Source: Phoronis australis (Eukaryota > Animalia > Phoronida). From it: 50,576 bases of DNA. Positions 12,000-24,300 of this stretch are shown here, one piece after another. The translations under genes and the position numbers were made by a program. Location of the stretch: assembly GCA_002633005.1 (NCBI GenBank), contig NMRA01000185.1, positions 1 through 50,576 on the forward strand. The letters run 5' to 3'. Every line of letters starts with the position of its first letter. Positions within the stretch are counted from its first letter, which is position 1. Under the pieces are notes generated by a model that worked only from the letters and a program-made list of their open reading frames with translations, did no database searches and was not told the origin of the DNA.

Positions 12000-12345
12000 T
12001 CACAAGTGTGTATCGCACGCTGGCTGTTTCTGGCTTTCTACCGTGTGTTACATTCACACTCTCTGCTTGTATGTTGCCACGTGTATTTCACTGTTTATTT
12101 CGCTCTGTATATGTTCATTCCACTTATTGCCTGATGATGTGACACAAAGTCACGAAATATAGCTACTGTTGTTGTTTATACATGTATGCTATGTCTCTTG
12201 GTTTGTTACTTCATTGCTGCACACCAGAAGAAAGGAGACTGTTCCGAAATTACGAACGTACCAGTATTAAGCTCGCTAACACAAAGTCTAGTCGTGTCTT
12301 TAACAAAGTTTGTGTAACTAAAGGGCTACTACCGAAATATACATA
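12000..12345 (+). mobile_element. Penelope-like retroelement terminal-repeat remnant (left boundary approximate)
   Basis: Hammerhead motif followed by a short ORF, MSLGLLLHCCTPEERRLFRNYERTSIKLANTKSSRVFNKVCVTKGLLPKYT, that runs directly into a microsatellite; assignment is by pattern recognition, not a database search. Confidence 0.7.
12127..12165 (+). ncRNA. Minimal type I hammerhead ribozyme motif
   Basis: CTGATGA(T) at 12131, stem II GTGAC-acaaa-GTCAC, GAAA at 12154, palindromic ATAT stem III, weak stem I (TTGC/GCTA). Confidence 0.65.
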
Positions 12346-12439
12346 TACGTATACATATACATACATCAGGCACATACATATATACATACATACATACATA
12401 CATACATACATACACACATACATATATACATACATACAA

Positions 12440-12472
<33 letters not shown>

Positions 12473-12922
12473 CATACATACATACATGCATACATACACA
12501 CATACATATATACATACATACATACATACATACATACATACATACTTACATACATACATACATACATACATATATACATACATACACACATACATATATA
12601 CATACATATAAACATACGTATATAATATAACTTAGTTATTGAAGTTTATTTTTCTACTCAAATTGAATTGACGAGGTCGTGAAGTACCTATACATGCTTT
12701 TGGCGAGGGGAAAGTTACAGAAGTAGTTACTCCCCAGGTAATAAAAATGTTTAGATTTTGGATAGAACACGAGACCGTGCTCTATTATCACTACAAACTG
12801 TGCATGTCCTTCTCCTCCAGCCCTGAAAGAGGGCAAAAAAGGTTTCATAGCATACGAAAGCTCAAAACTCATGAATTTTTAATGTCAATTTTTTATCCGA
12901 AACACGAAGATTGTTTAGATTC
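12340..12922 (-). repeat. Inverted copy of the 8159-8577 repeat, including a long (TACA)n microsatellite at about 12340-12615
   Basis: Direct reverse-complement match. Confidence 0.9.
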
Positions 12923-13320
12923 CAGTCCCTATTACAAATTTGTCGGTCGAAAACAATCTTTCAAGGTACAATGTAGCTAAAATATCATCTATGGCCGTGC
13001 TTTCTACCTAAAATCATTTTGAAGAAGGCAGTGTTGTTACAGTAAACGAGGGAAGATGTAAAGTAAAGTAAATGTGTTCGCAGTTGATGAGGGCTATTGC
13101 CATCACATCGGGGCTCTGATCTTCCTTACGCCTCTTATTTCACGTTTTCCGTTGTCGAATTATAAATCTGGGGAGTGCAATGATGTGTCCAAATGGCCTG
13201 CAAGCAATTTTGTTGGATCTCAGGCCTGTGTTTGGAATGACTGTGGAAGCCAACGCTCGTTCATCTAATTAAGTTTGTATTAGACACCTATACAAATGTA
13301 CAACGCCCGACCCTACGTGT

Positions 13321-13432
13321 GGCTAGGTTAGAACTAGGGTTAGGGTGAGGATGAGGGTTACGGTGAGGGTGAAGATGAAAGTTAGGGTGAGGGTGGGGGT
13401 TAGGGAAATTGTGAAGTTGAGGTTGGGTTAGG
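13321..13432 (+). repeat. Degenerate TTAGGG/TGAGGG (telomere-like) tract
   Basis: ctagggttagggtgaggatgagggttacggtgaggg...gttagggtgagggtggggttaggg. Confidence 0.6.
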
Positions 13433-15315
13433 AAAACTGCAAACTTAAACAATTCGTAAATTATATTAACTTGTTGCCCCCGCGTGAAGCGCCTAGCAAC
13501 CCACAAGTTTTTGTAGATTGAAATTATCTGCGAGAAAGTGGGGTTTTTTTTCTGAAATAAGATCCAACGCGGAATATTCGAACTCAAAATAGGCAGTCAG
13601 CCGTCACACCCGTCTTCTCACCTTGTGTCCCATGCAAGATGACGTCATTTTTCTTGCGTGGGTAGATATACCTTGGATATTCGAAAAGTTCCCGTATTTT
13701 ATGTTGCTCTTTATGTACAAAATTATGTTATCTTTAAGCAATGATCAAAGTATTTTCATCAATAGCATTTGGCTAATGGTGAGAAAGATTTGCGATTGGT
13801 TGCTTTTCTGATTTTTTCCCATAATTCTTGGTTTTTCGTCTAACATCACATAACCGTTATCAAGTAAGTAAATCTACCGATAGTAGTCCAAAAGCATGGG
13901 CTGCGCAGCACTGGAAAAAGTGGAGGCTATAGCCGCCTAGCCCCTAAAGAGTAGGATATCTAGCGATGACGTGTCCGGCACTGTCAGGACGGTATTTCAA
14001 GGTGTTCCGTCAAAAATTGGAATCCCATTGTAAAACGTATTCCCGCACCTTCAAATCAGCTAACCAGCCCGAAAAGCACGAACCTCGCCTTTTAAAATCC
14101 ACCCCAGACCTTTGAAACATGTACCACGGGGATCGAACAGGAAATCCGGACAAGTCTTCAATTTTTCTGAGACGATGTCAGTAGTCTCAAACTTTCAGTT
14201 AAAACATTTCAAATACTTTCCAGTTGTTTTATGCATACGTCTTTTAAAAATTGTTGATAGTAAATGTAACTCATATTACATTGGCTTTGTTATTTGATTT
14301 GCATCTGTACAACTCGTGCAACTTGTCTGTGGGCGAATTTCAACATAAGCTATACTCTCAACACGTTGTTATCTCAGTGAATATCTAGTTAATTTCAATT
14401 TATTCAATAGTTTCTCCAAAAATATTTTCAAAAATGAAAAACAAAATATTGTTTTGAGTGTCATTGTTGATTAATTCATTTAATTACCTTTACACTTCTT
14501 TAATAAACCCGTCAGATATTTGTCGTCTTTCAGCATGTACTTATGCAATCACGGAGACCGAAAATCATTCCTAATCGATGAGTATTTGGGTTAAAAATGT
14601 GTGAAAAGGTTTATCTTAGATAAGTAGATTTTCCAGAGTAAGCCAAATAGCCACGCAACTGCTAGTTTGGAGATAGTAATATCTTGAGTTCACAGTGCGA
14701 ATGCCGAGTTTTTAAGCAGTTGCTGCAATAAATCGTTGTGTAACCTAGGAAAGGAGATAAAATTATTCCCACACAGCGTATATCGACGGTTACTTGTAGC
14801 TTCGTGGGATCGGCGAGGGGACTCCAACCTGTTGTTTCAACATCTGCAGGTTATCGATTATTTAAGCATGAAAGTTGAAGTTGATAGAAAGAAAAAAAAA
14901 ATTTCATGTACTGTATGAATTAACTTGGTTTGCAACTTTTCTTAGTCTCCAATTTCATAAATTCGTCATTTCTGATCTTTTTGGATATTCTGACTTAAAA
15001 TAATCTGACCTTTGGAATTATACATATGTTTATTTGCATTTACTTTATTAACACACAGACGACAACTTTGCCAACTGAGCCCTCTCACGCTTTATCACAA
15101 CTTGAGTATCGAGACACTGGCAGTAACAGGGACTACCTACTTAAAAATGCAAGAATGATTAATGTGGTGGGCATATGATATCAATCGCAAATATACAAAT
15201 AGCGCAGTATGTGTTTGAGTTCTCTACAACGATGTTTCGTTTCCTTCTTAAAGAATGTACTGACCAAATGACATTAATAATCGCCCCACCGTGCGGCTGT
15301 TAGTGGAGTCTTAGG

Positions 15316-15367
15316 ATGTGTCGTCTGCCACCAGTTTTCATCTTTATCTTCCTATTAGTACATTCAG
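15316..15367 (+). CDS. VWA-mucin gene exon 1 (signal peptide)
   Basis: MCRLPPVFIFIFLLVHS, donor G|GTGAGC phase 1; continues in frame into AALHGSQG of exon 2. Confidence 0.72.
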
Positions 15368-18300
15368 GTGAGCTGGTTTGTTGCACAAACCAAAATATGA
15401 AGATATTATACTTTAAGAACATAGTTTCCAAGTGAGTGCTCGCTTCTAGACTTGTTTCTAAATTACCCGGAAGCGTCTTGCGATTTTTTTTGATAAGGGT
15501 ACTAGAGAACCGCAAGAACTGCCTATATTGTGAGTAACAGTTTGGGTGTTTTAAAATTATTAAAATTAAAATTCGTATACAGGTGACTCATAAGCCCAAG
15601 AGCCTGGGATGTGTTGCATATCAAAGTTAATTGTTTTTGCCTTGTATTTTATTGTATTGCACTGTATTGTATTGTATTGTACTGTATTGTTTTGTATTGA
15701 TTTGTATTGTATTGTATTGCACTGTATTGTATTGTATTGTATGTACTGGCATTGTATTTTGCGATGCATCCATGTTACTATAATTAATAAATATATACAG
15801 TACTCTATGCACGGTCTTCGTAGATTTTGATTAGTCATCTGAAGCTGTTTCTATTTAGGTTTGTTCGTATGATGACGTACACGTAAAGCGGAAAACAAAC
15901 GCAGCAGATTATACACAAAATAACGATTAAGTAAATTATTTGATTAAACAAAGTTAAGAAAAACATATGCATGTTGCCAGAATATGAACATAAAACAGTT
16001 AAAACGTAATTCCATAGTCGGAATCCCAAACGTTTTCGAAACCAACTCCTCTAAGTAAGGCCGCATAACGTCATTGAGACAAGCAGCCACAGTGTCTGAG
16101 CCGGTATGTTGAGGAGTAAAATACATCTTTTGAAGTAATCCACTCGTTGACGTTGCTTTTCTAAAGGCCATTGTTAATATAGAACTCATGAATATTATCA
16201 TGAGAGCATGAACAGTTCGACTCTAAAGTCACCGATTTGGACCTTCAAAAAAATCTGTGTGTTGAAACATCTTTGAGAAATGCGTTTGAAATAATCAAAT
16301 TTTGTACTCGGTTTTTAGTCAACTTTGACGTGCTTTGTGTTAGCAATATTCCTTTTATATTTTTGGGAATGATTATTCTTTGAGCTATGGCATCATACTT
16401 TGGCCCCAAATGATCCATTTTTGGCTTGGCTAGATTCAATAACTAAAATACATTTTAAGTGCCGTAGCTCAATCGTGAATTAAAACAACTTATATTTTAT
16501 GTACAAGAGCGCACCCAGCCTAAAAATTGGGGGCTCGCATTTTTGAGAAGGTGAATCTTTTGCTAAAAATCGGGGTACGTTCAAAGCTATGAATTGTGAA
16601 TTCTCCAAATATCCAAATTTTGGTAGTTCCTGCCTTTTAGTGGACTTTTCTCTCGTTTTCTACTTTTTTCGTAGTTTTTTTTCTCTGAGGCGCATCATTT
16701 TGCCCACTTCCCAAATAGGGGGATTTGTTCGACCCCCCGAGCCCTCCTGGATGCGAGCATGATATAATTAGACATTGGAATTCATTTTACGTTTTCAACG
16801 ATGCTGGCGACACCTTTGATAGAGCACCGAAGTTCAGTAAATTTTACCCAATTTTTTGTACTCGGTTTTTAGTCAACATTGACGTGCTTTAGAATGTAAA
16901 TTTACATCAATTTACGGTAATACATCGGAATTTAAAAAATGTCTTTTTTGTCTGTTTCCAAGCAATAAGAAACAGCATATATTACCATCGCGTAGTTTAC
17001 ACTACTTGGCCAAGGCAACCTACAGTTATATTTCATAAACCTCTTTGAAGACACTTCATGAAACTTAACAAATATGTATCTGAATCTATCGGTACAAAAA
17101 CGGTCGACATTGATTTCCAGACGTGTTTGACAACTGCTGCAGCACCTTGAGCAGTTCTAGATCTTGGCTTTTGTTTCTGTATCAAGAAGGTTCACTGACG
17201 ACACTTCGTGCATGCTTCTATCTGGGCGACGGTCACATCTGCATGTTTTCCATGTCTTGCCATATTTTTTAGTTTAGCTTTGAATTCCTCTACGAGGGGC
17301 ACGTTGAGTTGTTTTTGTGACTGACATTGGGATCAGTGCAACAGTGAGCGCTCATGTTCTAAATCAGAAGGATTCATTGCATCCTTCATACTAAGTAAGA
17401 ATTCGTAACCGTTGCTGGATCTCCCAGGGCGTAAGCATTATAGACCCATACGAGTATATGCACGGACGCGTCCAGTGAGAATTTTGCGCGAAACGAAGCA
17501 TTTATGTAGTTCGGGGCATTTCTCCCGAATTGTGTGTGGATTTGTTTCTGTCAGTACCTTTACTCACATGATGCAATACCCTCATATGCAATATGCAATT
17601 TAGTCTCCCACCATGTGTCCAATGTGTATCAGCTAATAAGCGCTCCTAGCGACGGGTGCAAGGGCACTGAGCTCTGAGAATGCTCCGAATCTTCGGGTTG
17701 AAGTGCGAGAATGTAGTCCTAAACTGATAAATTATCAGCAAGCAGCTTAACTTTGCTACTGAAGAATAAGAACAACATGCATTGTCACGTTTCAGAGATA
17801 AATCACATAAAAAGTGTGTTATGTCGTACTATAACATTTATTTCACAGAACGTGCAGAATTACAAATGTGCTATGGCGAGTGTGTCTATGGTTCACCCAT
17901 AGAATAAGTTCTCGCAACGTTTTACAGTGTGTGCTCACTGTTTCTTGGTAGGACGTGTTCCTTCGTTTATTTTTCTCCAGTTCTTTACCACCATGTCATG
18001 TCATGCCTTGATAAACTACGCTATTTCGTTTTCCTGTATGGATGACTGGAAAGTGCGTGTCTCAAAACAAGGCCGGCCACTCTACTAGGTTTATTTTGAT
18101 GATGTCACCTGCAGCAAGGTTCCGTCTTCCATGCTAAAAATGACTGGCTTGATGTTACAGCGGCACTTCACGGCTCACAAGGTCATGTGACGACAGCAAC
18201 AGCAAAAACGACCGCTGCAACGACAAAAGTAGTGACGTCAAACACGCAAACACGTAAGTCGGTGTCCTGGGCACAAAGCTCTGCTTGCGTAGGTGATTTT

Positions 18301-21300
18301 AGTTTTATCAGGAAATGTCCCCGTGCTTTCAAGCAACACGGTGTCACAACAAAGAAAATCGCGTAACTGTTAAAATAACATTACGACATCAAAACAACTA
18401 AAAATTTTTTACAATAGTCGAAGCTCTATTGCGCAAAGAATAATGTTGCTGCACACATCCTGGTTTTTGGCACATTCCATTCAGAGACGCAATTCAACCA
18501 CGAATCAAGTGCTTTGCTGTTTTTTATGTTATACATTTATTTTTGTTTAGGTACTACTCCATCAAAGTCAAGGTGTGAAGCAGCAGGTGACTTGATTTTT
18601 GTTCTCGACGAATCAGCCAGTGTGAAAAAACACGATTTCGAATTGGCAAAGAACTTCATCAAAAGCCTCGTCGGAGCTTTCTCTATCGCCCGTGACAAAT
18701 TTCAGGTTGGATTGATCACGTATGGAACGCATGTCAGAATCGAAATGCCCTTAGGCAGTGTGGAAACTATGGATGCAACATTGAATGCCATTAACAACAT
18801 CTCACATACAGGAGGATCGACTAACACAGGGGGCGCATTAAAGGTTTTGAGGGAAACAGGTTTTACGAAACATGGAGGCGACAGGGAAGAGGCTCCCAAT
18901 GTTGCCATTGTAATGACTGACGGTGTGTCGGATGACCCTGTCTCCACTAAACGTGAAGCAAAACTCGCCCGTGAAAGTGTGGTGCCATATATCTTCGCAA
19001 TTGGCATAGGCCAGTCAGTTACACCACACGAGTTGGTTAATATTATCGGAGCCCCTCTGCCTGATCGATTCTTCAAAACGGAAAACTTCATCTCACTAAC
19101 TGGAATTAGAGACAAAATAACAGACGCAGCTTGCAAAGGTTCGAGACTCACATGAAACATTCGGATACTATGCTTCCTGTACTGTTCTTCAAAATGCTTT
19201 TAGGAATTAAATTGGTCCACTTTTGCATGAGGCTATCAGAAATAGGGCTATTATGAATTTGTTTTTGAAATAATAAGAAGTTGCATAACACGAAACGAAT
19301 GATTGCTTAAAAACTGTGACATCGCTTTCCAGATTTTTTCCCTAAGCATCTGGGAGCTAAGCATTTATATCAAACGAAATTCAGTAATGTTATTGTCTTG
19401 CTTACTTATATAGTCTAGTTAGATCAGGCCAATTTTTGGCGAATCGTTCACTTTTTGAAAAAAGCGTGGAAATTTTGTCACTCGTACAATTGTTTGCGCT
19501 CTTTCAGAAAATCGAAAAAAGACCTGATCTGGCCCTAGTTTTGGCCGCCATCTTGGATATAAATATGGCGGAAGTGAAAACGGAATTCTCTCCTTTGCCA
19601 TCAATAAAATCACTAAAATAGAAAATCAACATTGTTGCTCGCCACATGAGTTCCGTGACAACTTAAGTACCTTATTAGTAAGAAACAAGGAAATCTGTGA
19701 TAAAAACTGGAGAGTTTAAGTAATAAGTAGCAGTATTTGCATGAAATTTAATACAATGCTGTTAGTCTGATATTAATTTATAGACCACTGGGTTTACACA
19801 TTTTGTCAAAACACTGGAAACGTTGAAAGGATTTTTGTTATTTATTTATTAATTCGTTTGTTGACTACAAATGGCCAATGGCTGTAAATTTGAGAATGCT
19901 GGAATCTTGCGCGAGCGCACTTTCAATCAATATAGAATGAAATGGGAATTGTGTGCTGCCAAAAAAACGAATGTTCACCTCCCCTGCACTTCTCCAAAAA
20001 TAAAAAGAGGACTGGCTACAGCACTATGGCGAGTAACATTTTACAATTCAAAAACTCTCTAACTGCCTGCCACCAGAAGTTGATATTCATTGTCTAGATG
20101 ATGGCTGAAGCGCGGAAGTTGTGTGGCATAAAAATCGTGTCACTAACTTTAACAGACTAAAACCAGAGAGAGCGATGAAACGAGGTGCCAAGGAAGGTGA
20201 TGAAAATACAGCAATACCACTAAAAACTAGAAAACACTCAACGTTCAGAAGCTTGATTTTATTTTTCTGTGGTAAAAGTGGCGAGAGTGAAAAACTGCAC
20301 AAAGCACAGATGAATTCAATTGGCATGAGAGTGCGTAAGTATACCATGACATTATAGGGCACTAATTTATTGGGGAAGGTATCGCAAGGAGACATGCATG
20401 CTTCAGATGCAAAATACCATTTAAGTTGTCTGACTGCTTTGCGCGAGAAAGTCAGAAAGCAAAATTGTCAAAACTCTGAAGAACAAATTACAAACAGTAC
20501 AAAGTCATGTGGAATTCTCGTTTGGTGAGCTTATTTCGTTCATCAAAAATTCCCAGTGCAATGAAACGTTGCCCGTCTGTCAGCTCTCAAAAATGTATCA
20601 ATCTCGATTGGAAGAAGAAGGTTTCTCTGGAACCGTGAACGTTTCTAGGCTTAAAGATAGACTACCGAATGCTATCCCCAATTTATGATCTGAAACACAG
20701 AGAAGAGACATTGTAATGATTTTTGATACAGACATAGGTGCAGCCATCAAAATAGCTTGTACAAATCACATATGATGGTGCATTTCACTCAATGCGTGCA
20801 GTTTTAATAGTGAGATAGGACATCTTCAACATGCAGTACTCGTTTGATGGAAGCGTCAAACATGAATGGGAAAAAGATGCAGTTTTGGATACTGTCCTGG
20901 CCTTTGTTAATAAGTTGATTCTTCCAGGATCAAACGTTCAACATCAAAAAGACATGCCGGCATTTTGATTGAAAATTGTGCTGTCGTCGTCTCAGATATT
21001 GGTTTTTTGACAAGTCCTCCCATGAGCATACCCAAGGCTTTTTCAGCCGCACTAAATCCTTGAAACTCCCCTGGTGATTTACAACAGTTTGTTTATTCAT
21101 GCTAAAACGAGATAAAGAGATTCAATAGATAATTTCTCGAGCCACGGTCTTTGTGTTTCTAACACAAGAACTCTAGAATCCTCTCAAGGTTGACTGATGG
21201 CGTTTGTAAGCAGTTCAGTAGAGACGGGTGTGTATGTCCTGCATCAGTGAAGTCTGGTTTATTTACAGTACGTGCGGTAGACAACATTGCCACAGAATCG

Positions 21301-24300
21301 TTTCGTGACATTGCTATTTCATTAATGTAGTTCCTGATCTATGAAAATCCAGGGGATGCTCATGCTACTTCGCAGCTTGCTGACTTCCAATTGAGTATAC
21401 TGGGATAAAGCCTGTACCTATGCCTACAGGGGATAAAAGGGCCATCAATTCAGATCCTCTAAAGAAGCTTGGTTGAAAATTGTAACGTCTGTCATCAACA
21501 AACATCAGCTTGATCCAAATGAGTATATTTAGTGGGTAGCTTATCATGCCGACAGATCGACAACCGTCGACCGTCGACCTCTTGCCTTTGTTTACAGCGA
21601 CATCGCATTCGGCAGCAATGATTGCACGCATTTTATGAACGAAAGTGGTTGGTCTACGTTTCTGTCAGATTCTGAGCTAACGACTGACGGAGCCGAGCCA
21701 GTACTGAAAGGTTCATATGTTACTAGATCCCTGTAAGAACACCAGGTGTCAGCTATTGCGCTAAACCTCCTACAATGGAGTGCATATAAGGAGCATTTGG
21801 CCTCTGTTCCTGAAGAGTCCGCTATGGAATTCAAAACATGGAGCTGGTTTTGTGTAGATGTAGCCCCGAAACCACAGTTTCAGTTCTGGTCAATGGTGCT
21901 AGAACTTGAGCTCCTGGCAATGCAGTTTGTGCGGCCCATACAAGAAGCCAATTTCCAATTATCATTCACATTGCCTTCAAGATATTGTACCCTGGATGTT
22001 TCACTTGAACACACCAACTATGCATGATGGTTGTCTGTGCACATTAAAGACATGACACAGCTTCCGCGGAATGCTCCATCTGTCTATGAAGACTTATGAA
22101 TGGCAGTGTTTTAGTACAGAAAACTACAAATTTTCCTGTATGGCAATGGACGAAGCTCATGGGCAACTGAACGGCCAGATAAAGTAAGAAGGCGGTGTGA
22201 TTGGCATTACTGATAATCCTGCCGCTTTGATAGATGAGATAGGTAACTGTTGACCCAGAGGTTTCAAGACTCGAGAAAAAATTCGAGCACTTACACGAAC
22301 CCGGCAAAGTAGGTACAGTGCAACACAATGATCAAGCCACTGTTTTGGGAGCATGTAAAGGAACTGGTGAAATCATTTGAAGAATGTAGTAAATCTATTG
22401 GCTCAAGACAACTCATCGCTTTCGAATCGAAAGTTATCATGGATAAAAGCAGCTGGCAGTGAGGATTACCCAGTACAATGTTTACGTCAACGAACGACTC
22501 TGTTTGCTGAAGGACGACAAATACATGTAGATCGAACTCCACCAAATGAGACAGCCTTAAGAGGACACATAAAAAAGTTATTCACCAGGCACCATGTGTT
22601 TGGATTCAAGCCCTCTTTGCACAGTAACAACTTCCAACGCTTGAAGAGTGTGGATGGGCAAGAGACAAAATGGAATAGTGGGCACCACTGTTAGTCTCTG
22701 CTACCACGTCAAGCTTCGAATTCATTCAAGGAGCTCATAAGATGTTGATATAAAGCGTGTAGACCACCGAGTAAATGTTACCATGTAAATGGTCTAGCAT
22801 GTACAGACCTATGGTACTGTGCAGGATCTTGAAACAGATCATAATCACATGCTGTTCCAATCCTTGTGAAAATGTTTAGACGTGAGTAGGTTACACATTT
22901 CTTATCGATTTGGATCACATTTACCCTGAAGCCATGGTTGAAAAGAGATGTCAAAATATTTTAAACCTAATATATATTCCATGAGATTTCCCCATTTTGA
23001 ATGACGCCACGATATTCATCTGAAGTTGCATGTTTTATTAGCCTCATTCGAATTCCAGCTAACCAAAACATATCTTTATCAATTGAAATGCATAGTTCAT
23101 GGCATCACTGACAAAGAATACGCACTTTCTAAAAAAGTAGTCATTTTTGTCAACCATGTTGGATTTCAATGTGCAAATGATTATTGTCCAGCCATAATAT
23201 TACATTTCGCAAATTAAAATACAGAACTTAAAACAGGTTTCCAACAATACATCTGTTCCCACCAACCATTGGTAACTCACAACGACGTGGTGACTATATT
23301 TAAATCCAAGATGGCGGGCATACTTAGGGTCAGATCACTTGTCTCTTTGATTTTTAAAAAGAGCTCCAAAATTACACTGGTGAGCAAAATGCGGCCTACA
23401 ANAGTACAATGTTTACGTCAACGAACGACTCTGTTTGCTGAAGGACGACAAATACATGTAGATCGAACTCCACCAAATGAGACAGCCTTAAGAGGACACA
23501 TAAAAAAGTTATTCACCAGGCACCATGTGTTTGGATTCAAGCCCTCTTTGCACAGTAACAACTTCCAACGCTTGAAGAGTGTGGATGGGCAAGAGACAAA
23601 ATGGAATAGTGGGCACCACTGTTAGTCTCTGCTACCACGTCAAGCTTCGAATTCATTCAAGGAGCTCATAAGATGTTGATATAAAGCGTGTAGGCCACCG
23701 AGTAAATGTTACCACGTAAATGGTCTAGCATGTACAGACCTATGGTACTGTGCAGGATCTTGAAACAGATCATAATCACATGCTGTTCCAATCCTTGTGA
23801 AAATGTTTAGACGTGAGTAGGTTACACATTTCTTATCGATTTGGATCACATTTACCCTGAAGTCATGGTTGAAAAGAGATGTCAAAATATTTTAAACCTA
23901 ATACATATTCCATGAGATTTCCCCATTTTGAATGACGCCACGATATTCATCTGAAGTTGCATGTTTTATTAGCCTCATTCGAATTCCAGCTAACCAAAAC
24001 ATATCAATTGAAATGCATAGTTCATGGCATCACTGACAAAGAAAACGCACTTTCTAAAAAAGTAGTCATTTTTGTCAACCATGTTGGATTTCAATGTGCA
24101 AACGATTATTGTCCAGCCATAATATTACATTTCGCAAATTAAAATACAGAACTTAAAACAGGTTTCCAACAATACATCTGTTCCCACCAACCACTGGTAA
24201 CTCACAACGACGTGGTGACTATATTTAAATCCAAGATGGCGGGCATACTTAGGGTCAGATCACTTGTCTCTTTGATTTTTAAAAAGAGCTCCAAAATTAC

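Noticed and set aside
12250-12615. YVCM/IHTY-repeat ORFs here, and similar ORFs at 8464, 15566-15838, 29039-29468, 30032 and 42684-42998
   Set aside because: They are translations of microsatellites, not genes.
13288-13587. PHPHPN-repeat ORF
   Set aside because: Translation of the TTAGGG-like tract.
17849-17947. Alternative signal-peptide exon for the VWA gene (…VLATFYSVCSLFL|GTAGG)
   Set aside because: An in-frame TAA at 17905-17907 separates it from the nearest ATG; 15316-15367 gives a clean signal peptide in the right phase.
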